From Nymphaea colorata (taxonomy: Eukaryota): a stretch of DNA of 64,000 bases. Below are positions 26,061-40,440 of this stretch, one piece after another; within the stretch, counting starts at the first letter, position 1, and every line of letters begins with the position of its first letter. A program made the translations under genes and the position numbers. The stretch lies in assembly GCF_008831285.2 (NCBI RefSeq), contig NC_045138.2:11222001-11286000 (forward strand), read 5' to 3'. The notes under the pieces were generated by a model. It was not told the origin of the DNA, made no database searches, and was given only the letters and a program-made list of their open reading frames with translations.

Positions 26061-28609
26061 TACAAAGGTTTAGGGTAAGTTGGAGAAATTGATATGCATG
26101 AAGCAATTTTACTTTGTGGTTACATCTATATGCAATTATTACTTAAAAGATAGAACTAGTATATAAATTGTTTGACTAACTTGTTCATGTATTGCATAAT
26201 ATATTGGAGCTATAAAATTTAATGAGTGTAATACAACAACTGAAAAGAAAGGACCTTCACAACATAAGCATTTCTCTATAGTGATCCATTGTAGAAGAGA
26301 CTCAAAACAATTTATTTTTGTATCTCAATATGGGCTACATTTTCAATTATGTTCAACATGAAGACATCGTCTTAACATGTGATTAACAATTTTATTATAG
26401 ATTATGTAGTTCAAAATCAATTATTGTGTTCAAAGTGAAACTTTTTGGGCAATTTTTGTGAAATTAAATTCTCAATTGGTACAATTAGTTGAGCATTTTT
26501 TGGAAGGGGCAACTGAGGAGCATGCACTTCTGTAGAGATTATGAATACTGGTTATGACAAGTATGTTTATCAAGAAGTGGAACTCTTAGATAAAACACAA
26601 TCCAATTTGGAGACAGTCACTATAATATTGGAAGATTTATAAGAATTATGAGACTGCAGTGCCATGGAAGTTGCGCTTGGAAGCTAAAGCTACAATGGAA
26701 GCGACAAATGTAACTTCCTAGGTTTGACATTAAAATAATAGGGCAATTATTTTTTAAATTGAGGCAATTCTATGATGATGAAGGTTCTCTCATCTACGAT
26801 AGAAATGGGTCAGATGGTAATGTAATATCCCATTAGTAGCAGCAAATCAAAGGATTAGAAGTTTCACTATTTATTTTGTTTTGGTTTGTGTTTGTTTAGT
26901 GGTCATTCTGGTTGTCCAATAAGTTCAAGGTATATATCATTTATCAAAGACATTAAACAAGTGGACTCATACATTTGGAGCTACTATGCTTGCCCTTGTA
27001 CACCCTACTCCACTGCATGATGGTGGGTATTGATCAATTGAGAGTTTTGACCATTTAGATATGTAAAACATATAATTTAAGCTATATTGTATTGATTTAG
27101 TTATACCATTGTGAGATGACAAAATTTAATATATGTCATTTTTTGTAGGTCTATCAGTAGGAGTATGTACCAATCATGAGTCTAGTTGGTTGTGCTTTAA
27201 TGAGCGGATTCCCAAAGACTGCCATGTGGGGACTGGTGAAGCACAAGATTTATGTGGAACTTTATATTATCATTATAAATGATATATGGCCACATGAAGT
27301 ACTTCAATTAAATTTGTTTTCTAGTGTTTTGTATAAGGTAAATACAATTTTTGTTGAACCATAATCTTTATATATAGGTAAAGTGAATACCATATTTGGA
27401 AGGGGGCATGAACATAGAGAGGCAGACATTAGGTCACAAAGTCGGCCTTGACTATTGGTAGAGTCACGTTATACAAAATTTTCTTGATTTACGCACAAAT
27501 ACTTTATTAGTTGTAATTTTTTTTACAAGTGAATGCCCTTTAAAATTTGAATTTTAAATTAATGGTGCCCCTTAGCAAAAATTTTTTGGCTCCACCACTA
27601 GCCTTAGCTGTTGTGCATGAATGAAGTAGAGATGCAACATGCTAGACCCAGCCTTAGAAGAAATGAAGAATAGTGCACATGGGTACAAAGGGATGGTATT
27701 CCATATTTGAATCAGTTGGAGAATTGGATCCAAGGAGGTGTCATGATTCCTTACTATGCCAACTAGTAGCAGAAATTGCATCATGGTACTGAAAGCAATG
27801 GTAGGATACAACTCCTACACATGCACCAAAAATGTGTATCTCGAGTCCTTTTGATGCAGATTCCCTCAGGGAAAAAGGGCAGATAACATAGTAGAGTAAA
27901 ACATGTGTCTCCCACCATGATATCAACACATCACAACCACTTATGTTGACCACTATCCCGAACTTATCACCACATTCCCCAATGGCCACAACATACTATC
28001 GTCATCCTTCCCAATGGCCTTAACATACCATCTCCATCCCACCCCCACTCTCCCCTTCAGTGTCCTATCCATCACAATGGTTTCAACATTATTATCCCCT
28101 TCCTGCCAACCCCAGCCCCCCAAAAGAAAGCCTGAGTGGCCTCGTCATACTTTGGTTGAACTTCAAGATCCTTGACACACAAAAATAGACTAGGAGGAGT
28201 TGTCAAACCACCTTCCATTGTTGGATAATGCAATGGTTAAACTGGCTGACATCATTTGCCATCTAAAAATGGTGGAAAAAAGAAAGAAAGACATTTACAT
28301 AATAGAAAATACTTCTTTGTAACATTTCAATTGATTCTTCCATAATATGAATTATTAATTCTTTATGCCACTAAGTTTTTGTTTCAGTTCCTTGCATCAA
28401 TTCTATTGCAATGTGAACTACAAGTGCAAATTTTATACACATCACCAATACTATAGATACTTGTATTGAGAGAAATTCAACTGAGTTAATGGAAAATTGC
28501 AAGCAAAGTGCATGCAGGTTGACATAAATCACCAACTTGGTTAATGCAAGCAGCTGTTTTATTCTTATCTGACCCTATTTAAAGAAAGCAGAAATTGAAA
28601 GCAACTATA

Positions 28610-28932
28610 GTATGTTGCATATTGTATTCTAGAATGCATTGCATTTTGTTGTATATTGTATATTTTCTATTACATTGTGTATTATATATTGTACTTTTTT
28701 GTAATGTATTAAATTGAGTATATTATATATTGTATTACATGAATTGTATTATATTGCATATTCTATATTGTATTGTATTGTATATTGCATTAGATTGTAT
28801 TGTAAATTGTAAAGTGTATGGAACTAAATATATTGTATATCATATTATACGTGCATTGTGTATTGAATTGTATTGTATATTATATGTACTATATTGTGTT
28901 GTGTCTTGTGTATTGTACTATATATTTTGTTG
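28610..28932. repeat. Degenerate (TATTG)n simple repeat
   Basis: Repeated TATTG / TGTAT units. Confidence 0.8.
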
Positions 28933-30007
28933 TGTGAGTCCTGACCTTTCAAAACAGTCCTGACCTTTCCATAACATTCAAGAAATCGTCAAAAGTGCTT
29001 TCATTGGTCTGAAATTCATGCCACGCAAGAAGGTTCTTTTGTTGTTCCTTAATTCCCCTCCGGGGAGGAAGCATGCATTGTATTGTTAACGCACAATCTG
29101 ATGACAGTTACACAAAGGATGGAGAAGATCATGATGGAATTGGCAAATCAATTCAGCCAAATCCTAACAAAAAGGAAACTACATTCGTTGGACCTGAATT
29201 GATAAATCAAGAAAATCTTGACAAAAACCGTGGCAAGGACACCTTATTGAGAATGAGAGAAACAGTTACAGAGAATAGAGATTTAAGGAAGGTTTGTTCA
29301 AAATTCAAACAAACTTGTAAAATTCACTCCAGAAATCTTGTATAAATATTGGAATCAAGGGAACCTCACACCATTAAGTTTACAGTGTGAGAGATAGTGA
29401 ACGTAGGATTTTATTCGAACCACTTAAAATTCCTTTTCTTTGTCTTGCTTATTTCATTTCATGGTATCAGAGCTATATTCGTGAGGAATTTTTTTTTTAG
29501 TTATCTTCTTCATGGCTTCTCCGATGTCTTCTTCTTCCATAATGGCAGCTAAGTATCCATATCCTTCCATGGCTAATGTTGCAAATTTTATCTCTATCAA
29601 AATTTCTCATAAGAATTACCTAATTTGGAAAAGCCAAATTCTTGGACGTATTGAAATCCAACACATGATGGGATTTATTGATGGACAAGTTTCCAAGCCG
29701 ACCTCCACCATTGAACTCGTTGAAAATGGTGAGGCCTACTTTGTTCCAAATCTAGAATTCTTTGCCTAGAAAAAAATCAGACCGACTTCTTAGAGGGTGG
29801 ATTACCAGATCACTTTATAAGAAGTACTAGGTCTTGTGGTTGGACTCCAAAGCTTTGCCGATGTTTGGAATACCCTTATAAAGGTCTTTGCTAGAGAATC
29901 AAATGACAGAGAGTTTCTTTTAAACATAAAATTATAGACGTTTCAAAAGCAAGACAAAACTATCACTGAGTATATAACATGTTTCAAAACCATATGTGAT
30001 GAGTTCA
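28933..30007 (+). mobile_element. Copia 5' remnant (LTR, PBS, N-terminal gag) of a second lineage
   Basis: ..TTTCA|TGGTATCAGAGC PBS at 29462, then gag YPYPSMANVANFISIKISHKNYLIWKSQ. The left LTR boundary is approximate. Confidence 0.7.
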
Positions 30008-33000
30008 CAATGCCTTACGTGTTCCTCACCTTCCCTTAAACCAAGTCAGTTAGCAAGATTATGAGAGAGTTGAATTGCGAACTTATTTTTTCTACTAATC
30101 ATTGTGTCTTGCAGGACTTGCTAATGGAGAAGATGATTGGGATTTGTTTGGTTTCTGAGTGGTTATATCAGTTACCCATGCATGCTGCCACAACTCTCAT
30201 GATGCAGTTAACAAAACAAAGAAGAGTAGAGAGGACTTCCTTAAGCTAGTCTTGCGATGGCATGAGCACCTTGGGCATCTTTCTTTTGGAATACTTATAC
30301 TGCTATTTTTTTATTTAATGTTCCAGTCTAGATGTGATTATGTTATCTTGTGATGTGTGTCATTTGGCTAAACATGTTAGGGCTTCGTACCATGTATCTA
30401 CAAGTTATTTTAATGAAGTTTTTGCTTTGATCCATTCTGATGTGTGGAGAGCTTTGAGAATTTCTTCTTCTCATGGTTTTCAGTACTTTACAACTTTTAT
30501 AGATGATTGCTCTCATAACTCCTTCATGTACTTGTTGAAGGTTCGTAGTGAAGTGCTTAAGGTCATAGAGGGACTTTCATCATTCTTGTGGAAACTCAGT
30601 TTGGAACTTCGGTTAAGACTTTGCTCAGACAATGTACATGATACATATGTCACTCTATTGATAGTTTCATTCGACAAAGGCAAATTGTTCATGAGACATC
30701 CTGTAGTTATACCTCTCCTCAAAATGGGACTGTTGAACGATGGAATCGTGGGTTGCTAAATGTCACTAGGGCCCTTTTATTCTAACGACATCTTCCAAAG
30801 CAGTATTGGGGGGATGTTGTGCTCACCAGTGCGTATTTGATCAATCGTATCCCTAGTCATGTGTTGAATGGGTGAATGCCTCATTCTATGTTAGCACGGA
30901 GTCATCAACCTTTTTCTCTTCCACCTCGAGTCTTTGGTTGTGTCTGTTTCATTCACAATCACAATCCTCATATTAAAAAACTTGATTCGAGGTCGATTAA
31001 GGGAGTGTTTATAGGTTATTTCCCTACAAAAAAAGGATATAAGTGTTTATACCCATCCACTGATTGTGTCTATGTTACCAAAGATTTCATCTTCCTATAA
31101 CATATTTCCTATTTTAGTGAGAATTCTCTTCAGGGGGAAAGATCCATAAGAAGAGAAGAGTATTCTCCAAATCAAGAGATTTAGTTCATAGACTTGCTAG
31201 AGTACAAAAAGAAAGAGACTTCATTTATAGACCTTCTTGAGCACAACAAGCACAACAAGGATGAGGGTTGCTCAACTGGGAATGAGGAGGAACATGACTG
31301 CTTGTTTGGGCAGGTTTACTCTAGGAGAAGATTAACTGCAATAGAGCTCACTGGTGAGCTGAATGGTGACAAGAATTTCAATCTCAATCATAATGTCACA
31401 CCTTCACTATCCAAGTCGTGCTTTGGAGATGCTAGTCGAAGGTACTCAGATAGAAGCTGGAAATGAAGAGTTACTCATTGATCTTAGAAAGGGTATCAGG
31501 TCTCACACCCTATTAGTAATTTCATATCATAGTCTAAACGGAGCAAAAACTACAAATGTTTCATATTGCATCTTTCTATAGCTACGATTCTCAAGACTAT
31601 TATTGAGGCTCATAGCAATTCCAAGTGGGCACATGCGATGAAAAAAAAAATGGAAGCACTGAATAAAAACAGAACGTGTGAGGTGGTAAATATCCCTAAA
31701 GCAGCTCATCTGGTAGGATCCAAGTGGGTCTACACCATTAAATATAAGTCAGATGGGAGTGTGGACAGATACAAAGCTCGCTTGGTTGCCAAGGGGTTTA
31801 GTCAGAAATATGAGATTGACTACTTGAAAACGTTTTCTCTTGTTGCAAAGATGAAGGCAATCAGAGTTATCATCTCTCAGTAGTAATAAAGGAGTGGAAG
31901 ATGTACCAACTTGATGTTAAGAACACATTTCTTAATAGATATCTCAAAGAGGAAGTGTATATGTGCATGCCTCCAGGATATGAGGAACCTGAAAAATAAT
32001 GCATGTCAAAGAAAGCTTTGTTTGGGCTCATGCAATCTCCCCAAGCATGGTTTTAGACTTGTAATGAGACAACATAGATATTATCAAGGAAATGGAGATC
32101 GCACTCTCTTTGTAAAGAAAAAAGAGAATAATGTTATTCTTTTGTTGGTATATGTTGATGATATGATTGTCACAGGTAATGATGAAGATGAAATAACAAA
32201 GTTAAATGAACTATTGGCTATTGAGTTCAACCTCAAGGACCTTGGCAAGTTGAAATATTTTCTTGTTATTGAAATTGCTAGGTCAAACACAAGTCTTGTG
32301 TTAAAACAATGGAAATACACTATAGATTTATTAAAGGAGATTAGGAAACTTGGGTGTAGACCTGTTTTTACTCCTTTAGATGTTGGACGCAAGCTTAGTC
32401 TTAGAGATGGGGAACCTCTTTGTGAAGAAGCCAACTGAAGATATTAACGTCTTATTGGAAAATTGATTTATCTTACTCTCACTGACCTAATATTACTTTT
32501 GCTATAAATATGATGATTCATGCATGCTCCCACGGATGTTCACTTGAAGGCTGTCAACAAGATTTTATGTTACTTGAAGATGAGTCTTGGTAAGGGCCTC
32601 TTGTATGTTAACCAAGACTCTCTTGAGATTGAAGGTTACTCAGATGCTGACTGGGCAGGATGTGTTGATACTAAGAGATCCACCTCAAACTATTGTATTT
32701 ACTTAGGAGGTAAGCTCGTAGTGTAGAGAAGACAGGACGTTTGCTCTCGCTCTAGTGCTGAGGCTGAATGTAGAGCTGTGGCCATGGGAGTCTCCGAGTT
32801 GTTATGGCTGATAGTGCTATTGGCCGACATCAGAATAAAAACTTAGGGACTTATGTAGATGTATTGCAATAACAAGTAAGCAATCAACTTGGCCAACAAT
32901 CTAGTATTACATGATAGAACGAAGCATGTGGAGATTGAATGTCATTTCATTCAAGAGAGAATTGATGTTAAAGAACTTGTTCTACCTTACATGAAGTCCG

Positions 33001-33317
33001 AAGACCAAACAACTGATGTTATGCATTTGAGAGAAATGTATCCAAATTGGGCATGTTTGATTTGTATGCCTAACTTGAGGGGGAGTATTGACGTGTTTGT
33101 ATGTTTGGGTCCGGGTCTAGACCCTATTTGACCCGTTGTTCATGTTGAGTTCTATTAGAGCATTTGTAATCCTATTTTCTATAAGTGAACGAGAATTAAG
33201 AGAGAGAGAGACCAGCAGCTAGTGAGCACTAGAATCCTCCTCTAATTATGGTTTTTTCCTCATGTTGAGGTTTTTCCATGCTATGATTGTGTTTATTGTG
33301 ATTTTTCGTATTCAACA
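30008..33317 (+). mobile_element. Copia 3' remnant (post-protease INT-RT-RH plus 3' LTR 33086-33317), same lineage as 7646
   Basis: Heavily interrupted CDVCHLAKHVRASY, HSDVW, YKARLVAKG, YVDDMIV and YSDADWAG motifs. PPT GAGGGGGAG, then an LTR TATTG...CAACA. Confidence 0.88.
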
Positions 33318-35922
33318 GTTACATATAATTGTCTACTGAGTGTTATGCGAGCCATTCTTGCTAGACGATGATATCATGCACGCATCTAGCCTCTCGCTGA
33401 AGTATGAAGTACAACATTCCCATCCTGGTAGGACCCTAGAGCAAGTAACCCCCAAATAATTAGCTCACCAATAAGGAAGATCTCTTGCGGTGCAAGTACT
33501 GGAATCTGGTGTGTGAACAATCCAATGAAAGACAGTGAGATAGAAATCAAGGATGTGAGAGGACCCACTCGGCTAGGCCAAGTGGATACCATGGTTGGGC
33601 ACAGGAAGAGTCAGGCTTGGCAGCTAGGAACCTAGAGTGATAGGTTGGTCCTGAGGTTGAAGCCTTCCATTTTGGGTGCACTAAGTGTAGGAGGCTCAGC
33701 CAAAGGCGAGCTAGGTTCGTGGATTGATCGACAGCTTGGCTGCAATTGAGGAGGCTATGCTCGGTTGGTGAGGGAGACAACAGCCAATTGGTGGCTGGTG
33801 CAAGGAATGTGGCCCTGCGACTAGCACCATGATGACCTGGAGTGACTGGGCCTTGAGCTAAGGAGACTAGAGGGACAAAGGATGGCACGCTAAGGCACAT
33901 GCAACAATAGTTGGTAGAATCTGACGAAGGGTTGCCAGTTGTGCTTCAACAAGTGGCTATGCGAGGGTGGTTGAGGCCTAGCATGGGGTGTAGACCTAAT
34001 GCATAGGCTGTGACTGAGGTTTGGTGAAGGCCGAGAGTCAGCCGAACGAAGGCAAATTGTTGTTGGGGATGCATGAGCGTTCTCGGTGGTGGTTGATCGA
34101 TGGATCTAGGTCGGGCATGAGTGCTAGGGCCTTGGTCTCAACGTCAAAGGTTAGGTGTTGAGAAGTGTGGAAGAGATAGAGAGCATGGGCAAAGCAAACC
34201 AATCAAACCATGGACTGAGAGAAGTCGGATTTACCTTTGCACTAGGGACTGATTCATGATGGTTTGTCTCCACGGTTCACCCACAGCTAGATGGTACCAG
34301 AGAATTTTGCTCTCGACTGACAAGTTGGTCGAGGCATTGGATTAGCCAAATATGATGAAGGATGCACAGATCAGCCTATATCACATGATCCCATGGGAGA
34401 GCTCTACATCTGGGGTGGAGTTGTCGAGAGGTGACCATGCGGGTTCCACGCGTGTTGGAGTGCTTTGCATCTAAGAAGAGTTGCGACAGGTGAACCACAG
34501 AAGGACACTAGTGGATTGCTGAAGAGCTAGAGTGGGACTGAGACAGAAAGAAAGATAAAGTGATGGTGCCCATAAGGTTGTTTCAGCAAGGGTATCCACT
34601 ATAGATGTTGCACAACAACAGGGGAGTTGGTGCTAGGCAATGACGAATGGCTAGGAGAGAGAGAGAGAGAGAGAGACTATTCGGTTTACAAAAGCTCTAA
34701 CTCAAAATTCCACTGATGCTGAATGAATAATCCCAAAACAATCCACAATAGTTTTTGTTGTGCGCTTTATAGAAAAGGAAAAAATTTGCTATTGGCTGAT
34801 TTTTAGATCTATGCTTCATATTGGGGGATCTGGGCTAGGCAACACAAAATATGGGAACTTTTTGTTTTTTGTATTCTTGCACAAGGAAGTGTGATCTGAA
34901 GGAGAGGCTCGTGTGCTGTGCTGGCACTCTATTGATGCAAATCTAGCATTTATGTGGCAACGCTCTCATGAGCTATCATACTCAATAGGCAAGTTTGTCT
35001 GGGCCCATGTGAAACTACATGTGGAAAGCATGTGGCCTGCAATTGGAAAGGGTGTGGTGAGTTGAGAAAGGCAAGTCATTGGCTGGTTTGGTGTGACCAA
35101 GATGGAAAGCTTGTACAATGCATTGTAGCTAACACGGCTCCTATGTGGACATGGCTTAGCACATAGGAGGATGTTGGCTGCTGACTGTGGATGTCTACTG
35201 AGTGGGTTGAGTATGTGCCAAGTGTGCACCAGTTATATGCTTGGTTGGTTCCAGTCCAGCTTGAGTGGACTCAAGGTGGGTGTGCTCGCTCGGGTTGGTC
35301 CCCCGCTCCACAACTCTATGTGGCTGATGACTTTGAGAAGCTAGTGCTAGAAGACTAGCCTCCTCTTGAGATCATGGTGCAGGGTACTACTGAAGGATGC
35401 AAGCAATGGATAGAAAAGGGTGCGCGCTCTTACTGAGGTTCGCACCAGTCGGGTCATGCTAAAGGATGCATGCAATGGGTCGAGAAAGGCATGGACCCTT
35501 ACTGAGGTCCACATCACTGAGTACAAAATAGTTTTTCATGAAGGAATCCATCCTTGCTACACCATAGAAATTGCTCACACTTTGGAATTGATGCATCAAT
35601 TGTTTATGGTAATCACTCGTGGATGAGTGTCTTTTTTTGGAAATATATATTGGTAATATAATTTTCTTTAATGATGGATACTTAAAACCAATGCAAATAA
35701 AAGAAAGTGATTTACATGTATTACATTAAGTGTGTAGGATCTTCATAAAATGTTGCACAACAAGTGGGCATTGTAAGGATGCTCGATTTGAATTTACAAA
35801 GATGTGCAATTCACACAATATAGATCTAAGATGGGAGAAAGAGCAATTGGAGAAAAACAATTCAATAAATCACCAAATGCAAAAGTGCTCTTGGGTCAAT
35901 GGAAGCATGTGGTGAGGGTATT

Positions 35923-37372
35923 TGTTAGAGCCATGGTTGTAAGATTTTGGGTATCGAACTATAACACATGATTAGTTTCAACAAAGGAAAGGTTAAGAGA
36001 GAGAACAATAAAAGAGACATGAGGAAGGGAGGTGAGGTTCTACATTTTCACGCAGCCCATTTATGTAATGATCCCTCTACACAATTTACAAGAATCTAGA
36101 ATGAAGCAATCACAATAATCTAGAATGTAGAGTAAAGCAACACAATAATCTAGAGTCTAATAAAACAATTATAGAAATTACAATAATATCCCTACCTAAA
36201 TAGATGTGATCAGACATAGTTAAACGTGGATCTGATCAATAGATGTGTTGGATCTGGATCAGATTAGATCCAACAACTTATCAACCTCCTTCAAGTTGTA
36301 TATGGTTTTGGACCATGTACAACTTGCCTTTTAGAAACCAGAATCGTTGCTTCGTTAGTTCTTTTGTAAATAAGTCTACAACTTGTCTATATGAACACAA
36401 ATAGGCTGAATCTCATTGTCTTCCACCTTTTGTTTAATAAAGTGTTGATCAATCTCAATGTGCTTTGTTCGACTATGTTGTATGGGATTAAAGGTAATGT
36501 TAATAGCGCTTTGATTATCGCATATTAACATTGATATTTTAATCTTTTCTCCAATGTCTTCTAGCAAATGTCTAACCCATGTAACTTCAGTAGTACCTGG
36601 AGCCATACATCTGTATTCAACTTCAGTGTTAGATCTTGCCACTGCCTTTTGCTTTCTACAACTCCAAAACACAAGATTACATCCAATGAAAATACAAAAC
36701 CAAAAATAGACTTTCTTGGATCGGTATCTTCAGCTCAATCTGTATTTGTGAATGTCATAAGTTGATTTCCAATAGTTATAATTCCACTCTTACCATAAAC
36801 TAAGTCATCTCCTACTGTCCCTTTAAGATATCTTAATATTCTTTTGACAGCATCCATATGAGTATCTTTAGGTGCATGTATAAATTGAGATACTTGATTC
36901 ACAACATATTGAAGTGCCCCAACAATGCTTTGGTATTGTGTAGGATCTTCATATAAGTCCTTGTCCTAAGCACTTAATTTTTTATTTAGAACATTAGGTG
37001 TTCCAACAGGCTTACAATCAAACATGCTTGTCTTTTTCAGCAGATTCAATGTGTATTTCTATTGTGCCAATGTGAGGCAATCATTGTGCCTATCAATCTC
37101 CACTCCAAGAAAGAATCGTAAATCACCAAGCTCTTTCATTTTGAATTTTTGCATTATCAAAGCTTTAGTGTCTTCTATATGTGTTTTTCAGAATTGCCTG
37201 TGATAACAATATCATCAACATATATAAGTAAAGAAAATATGTTTTCCTTTTCATAAATGAAAAGAGAGTGATCTAGAGGACATCTCCAAAAGCTACATTC
37301 TTGAATCTGGCATGAGAAACTGTCAAACCATGAGCATGAGGCTTGTTTGAGTCCATAAATAGATTTTCTTAG
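35923..37372 (-). mobile_element. Copia RT/RNase H remnant with probable 3' LTR
   Basis: Minus-strand LRKSIYGLKQAS, LIYVDDIVITG, ICDNQSAI and RTKHIEIDQHF, with a PPT-like tract at about 36285. The LTR left boundary is uncertain, and the remnant is cut at 37372 by another LTR. Confidence 0.8.
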
Positions 37373-39180
37373 TGTTGACATGTATTAGTGAATGAGTTTT
37401 CTATTCGAGTATGGGTCTGGACCTGGTCCAGTGTGTGTTCTTGTTAAGGCTTTACTTAGTCATTGTAATCCCTAATTTCAGTGTGAATGAAAATATTTTA
37501 GAGAGAGAGAGAGAGTCTGGTTGCTAGTGGGCATCAACTCTCCTCTATCGTGGTTTTTTTACCTCAAGTTGAGGGGTTTTTCAAGTTACACCCGTCTTCA
37601 GTTACTGTTCTATCCTTTTTTTTGTTTCAACATGGTATCAGAGCCGACACGGTTTTGAGTTTTTGATTCATGTGTACGCCTGTTTTCATGCTGCCACCAT
37701 TGTTTTGGCCAAGTCACACGAGCTCCCGTCAACCGTCTTAGCCATGAAGTTTAGGTAAGTCAACTATGTGCCCTACCGTGCTCCGCATGAGGATCGCCCG
37801 TCGCTTCTGCGTTTTTGGCAGGCACAAATCCATCTCAGCCCGCTGCTCCCTGCCGCTGCTCTATGCTGTCACTACTCCTTGCCGCAGCCCTTTGTAGTGG
37901 CACAAGGTTTTGTATCGCCTATTCCTCGAGTGCCCTACTCTGATCGAGAGTAACCTACTCTGTCGACAACAACGTCTTCCCTGCTCTGGTCAATGGTAGG
38001 TCTCCTACTCGCTCCGTAGCTTCCGCCTGCTGCATGGCTTCTTGTCATCGTCCACCGCCTGAGCTACCTATGCCTAAGAACATCACACGACTTCAGTGGT
38101 GCCTGTCTTGCTACGTTGCCCGACTTCTATCTACAGTCATACGACATAGTTGTTGTGTCGCCTCCCTGTCCTCGTTTCAGCAAGTAACCTCTTTCAGTAT
38201 TATCTTTTGTTACAATTGTTGTTTGTTTATTGCTGCACCACTTCATGTCCCAGGCATTTCTCTTTGTCCTTGTCTGTTAATTCACTGCATTGGGATGGCA
38301 GAATCAACCTCTTCTACTGTTAATATTGACCAGGCATTTGTTGGGGTCTCTAGAACTGAAAATATACTTGTTAACGTTACCACTATTCGTCTTACTAAGG
38401 ATAATTATCTTCAATGGTCCGTTGCTATCACTATGGAGATTGTTGGTCAGGGATGAATTTCCTATGTCAATGGGAAGAAGGTTGAACCACCTGAGACTAA
38501 CCCAACATGGGATACATGGTTTCTTAAAGACAATCTAGTAAAAACTTGGATTATTAACTTTGTATCTTTTGATATTCTTCCTCTTATTCTTCGTAAGAGG
38601 ACTGCTAGAGACATGTGGGACATTTTAGAACAATTGTGCCCTATGACATCAGTTAATGAAGAATATTAACTTTGTATCTTTTGATATTCTTCCTCTTATT
38701 CTTCGTGTGCATCAGTTAATGAAGGAAGTCAATGCCCTATGACAAGGGGAACTTTCTGTGGCTGATTTTTATGCGATATTTGAAATCAAAATGGGAAGAG
38801 CTCGACTACTACTCGGATGATGCTTGGAGTTGTCTCCAAGACCAGCTGCATTATTGGACCAAAGAATGGAAGAATAGAGTATTTGTATTCTTAGCAGGGC
38901 TCAACGATGATTTTAAAGACATAAGGAGTCAGATTCTTAATTCAAAGGGACTTTGTAGCATTGAAGATGTCTACTCTCATGTTGAAGCTAAAGAGCCAAG
39001 ATGCCTTGTTATTATTACAGGGAGAAAAGAGGCCCATATCTCAAATGCTAAGAGGTCTGCCCTTGTTAGCCAGGCTCCTGTGGGAGCCACTCGATCTTCC
39101 CGAAAATGCATTCATTGCAAGAAAATAGGTCATACCGTGGAGTTTTGCTGGGATTTGCATCCTAACAAGAAGAATGATCA
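37373..39180 (+). mobile_element. Copia 5' fragment (LTR 37373-37632, PBS, gag to Zn knuckle)
   Basis: TGTTGA...CAACA|TGGTATCAGAGCC, then gag TIRLTKDNYLQW, LKSKWEELDYY and CIHCKKIGHTVEFCW. Truncated after gag. Confidence 0.88.
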
Positions 39181-39689
39181 GGCGAATGAACTTGGCCCAC
39201 GTTATGCATGAAAATATAAGCTGAAAAAATAACAGGTCGAGCTTCTTCTATAGCGCAGAACTGTGTATGCCGCATTTGACATGCTAAAGTGTCTTCTATA
39301 TTCATTTTGACCTTTGATCTCCTGAATGGTAGATTCTACATTCTATAGTTGTAATGTCTCACTCGATGGCAAATGCAGTAAAAGAGAGCAAAGAGTTTTT
39401 GTTCCTTTCTCTGTTGCTGCACTTGATATGAACATCTCATTTTATCCTTCTTCAGGAAACAATATTGGACGAGGAAGAGGTATAAAATTGGTAGCTATCC
39501 TACATCCAGTGGTCAGCCATTATCAAGGTTCTTCTACTTTCAGTGAGAGGGCAAACTTATCCAAGTCCTGCTAGCCAGTTTAGGTTAACCTTCTCAAGCT
39601 TAATATTCTTGTCATGTAAACCTTTTTTTTTTAGATCAACCATTTCCAGTCATTCATGTAAATCTTCATTTGATGCCTTCTATTTTTTT

Positions 39690-40393
39690 AGTTTGTCAAC
39701 ATCCTCTGTGCGGCAGCAAGAGGCACCGGCAGCAGCAAGGGGCACAGATAACAGGGAACAGGTGGCAGAGCTGATCGACGACGCTGGTGGCAACAAAAGA
39801 GAAACAGAGAGCGTCGGGGAAGGCAGCGATGGCAAGACCAGGATTCAAACTGGTCAGCGACAGCAGGGCAACACCCGAGCAGCAAGGAGCATCGGGGAAG
39901 GCAGCGATGGCAAGACCAAGATTCAGACTGGTCAGCGACAGCAGGGCAACACCCGAGCAGCAAGGAGCATCGGGGGCAACAGAGGCATGATGGCAGGGAG
40001 CAGCGGTGGCGATGGGCGATAGAGAGGCGTCTGGTTGGAACTATCGGGTGATGGGCAATGAACAGTGACGACACGAGCCCTCCTCCAACATGAACACAAT
40101 GGAAGCAAAAAAACAAACTAGTTAAGCCAGAACTTCACGGCTCTAATACCAAGTTGAAACAATATAAACACGAGAAATAAAGATCGAACACGGATGTAAT
40201 GTGGAAAACCCTCAATGAGAGGGAGAAAAAACCACAGGTGAGGAGGTCTGGTGCCCACTAGCCGCCAGACTCTCTCTCTCTTAAAACTTCATTAACTCAA
40301 AAGATTAGAGTTTACAATGATATAAGTAGTCCCCAAACCAGAGCTCACTGGATCGGGTCCAGACCCAAACCTGAATACTAAAAACCTTCAACA
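39690..40393 (-). mobile_element. Inverted copia 5' LTR (about 40152-40393), PBS and GC-rich leader
   Basis: The reverse complement begins TGTTGAAGG.. and resembles the 43752 and 47010 LTRs. PBS GGCTCTAATACCA at about 40139-40151. The leader holds a 78-bp tandem duplication (about 39815-39975). Confidence 0.8.
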
Positions 40394-40440
40394 AAGGCGA
40401 TGACATGCCTCAATGATTGTATTTTCAAATTTGTATAAAT

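Noticed and set aside
33320..35900. GC-richer stretch with several short ORFs
   Set aside because: No recognisable motifs or termini. Probably an old retroelement remnant, but I cannot support a call.
37375..37379. TTGAC matching the 5 bp after the 43988 LTR end (possible TSD)
   Set aside because: It lies inside the LTR's own TGTTGAC start rather than in the flank, and the two LTRs are too diverged to be a pair.
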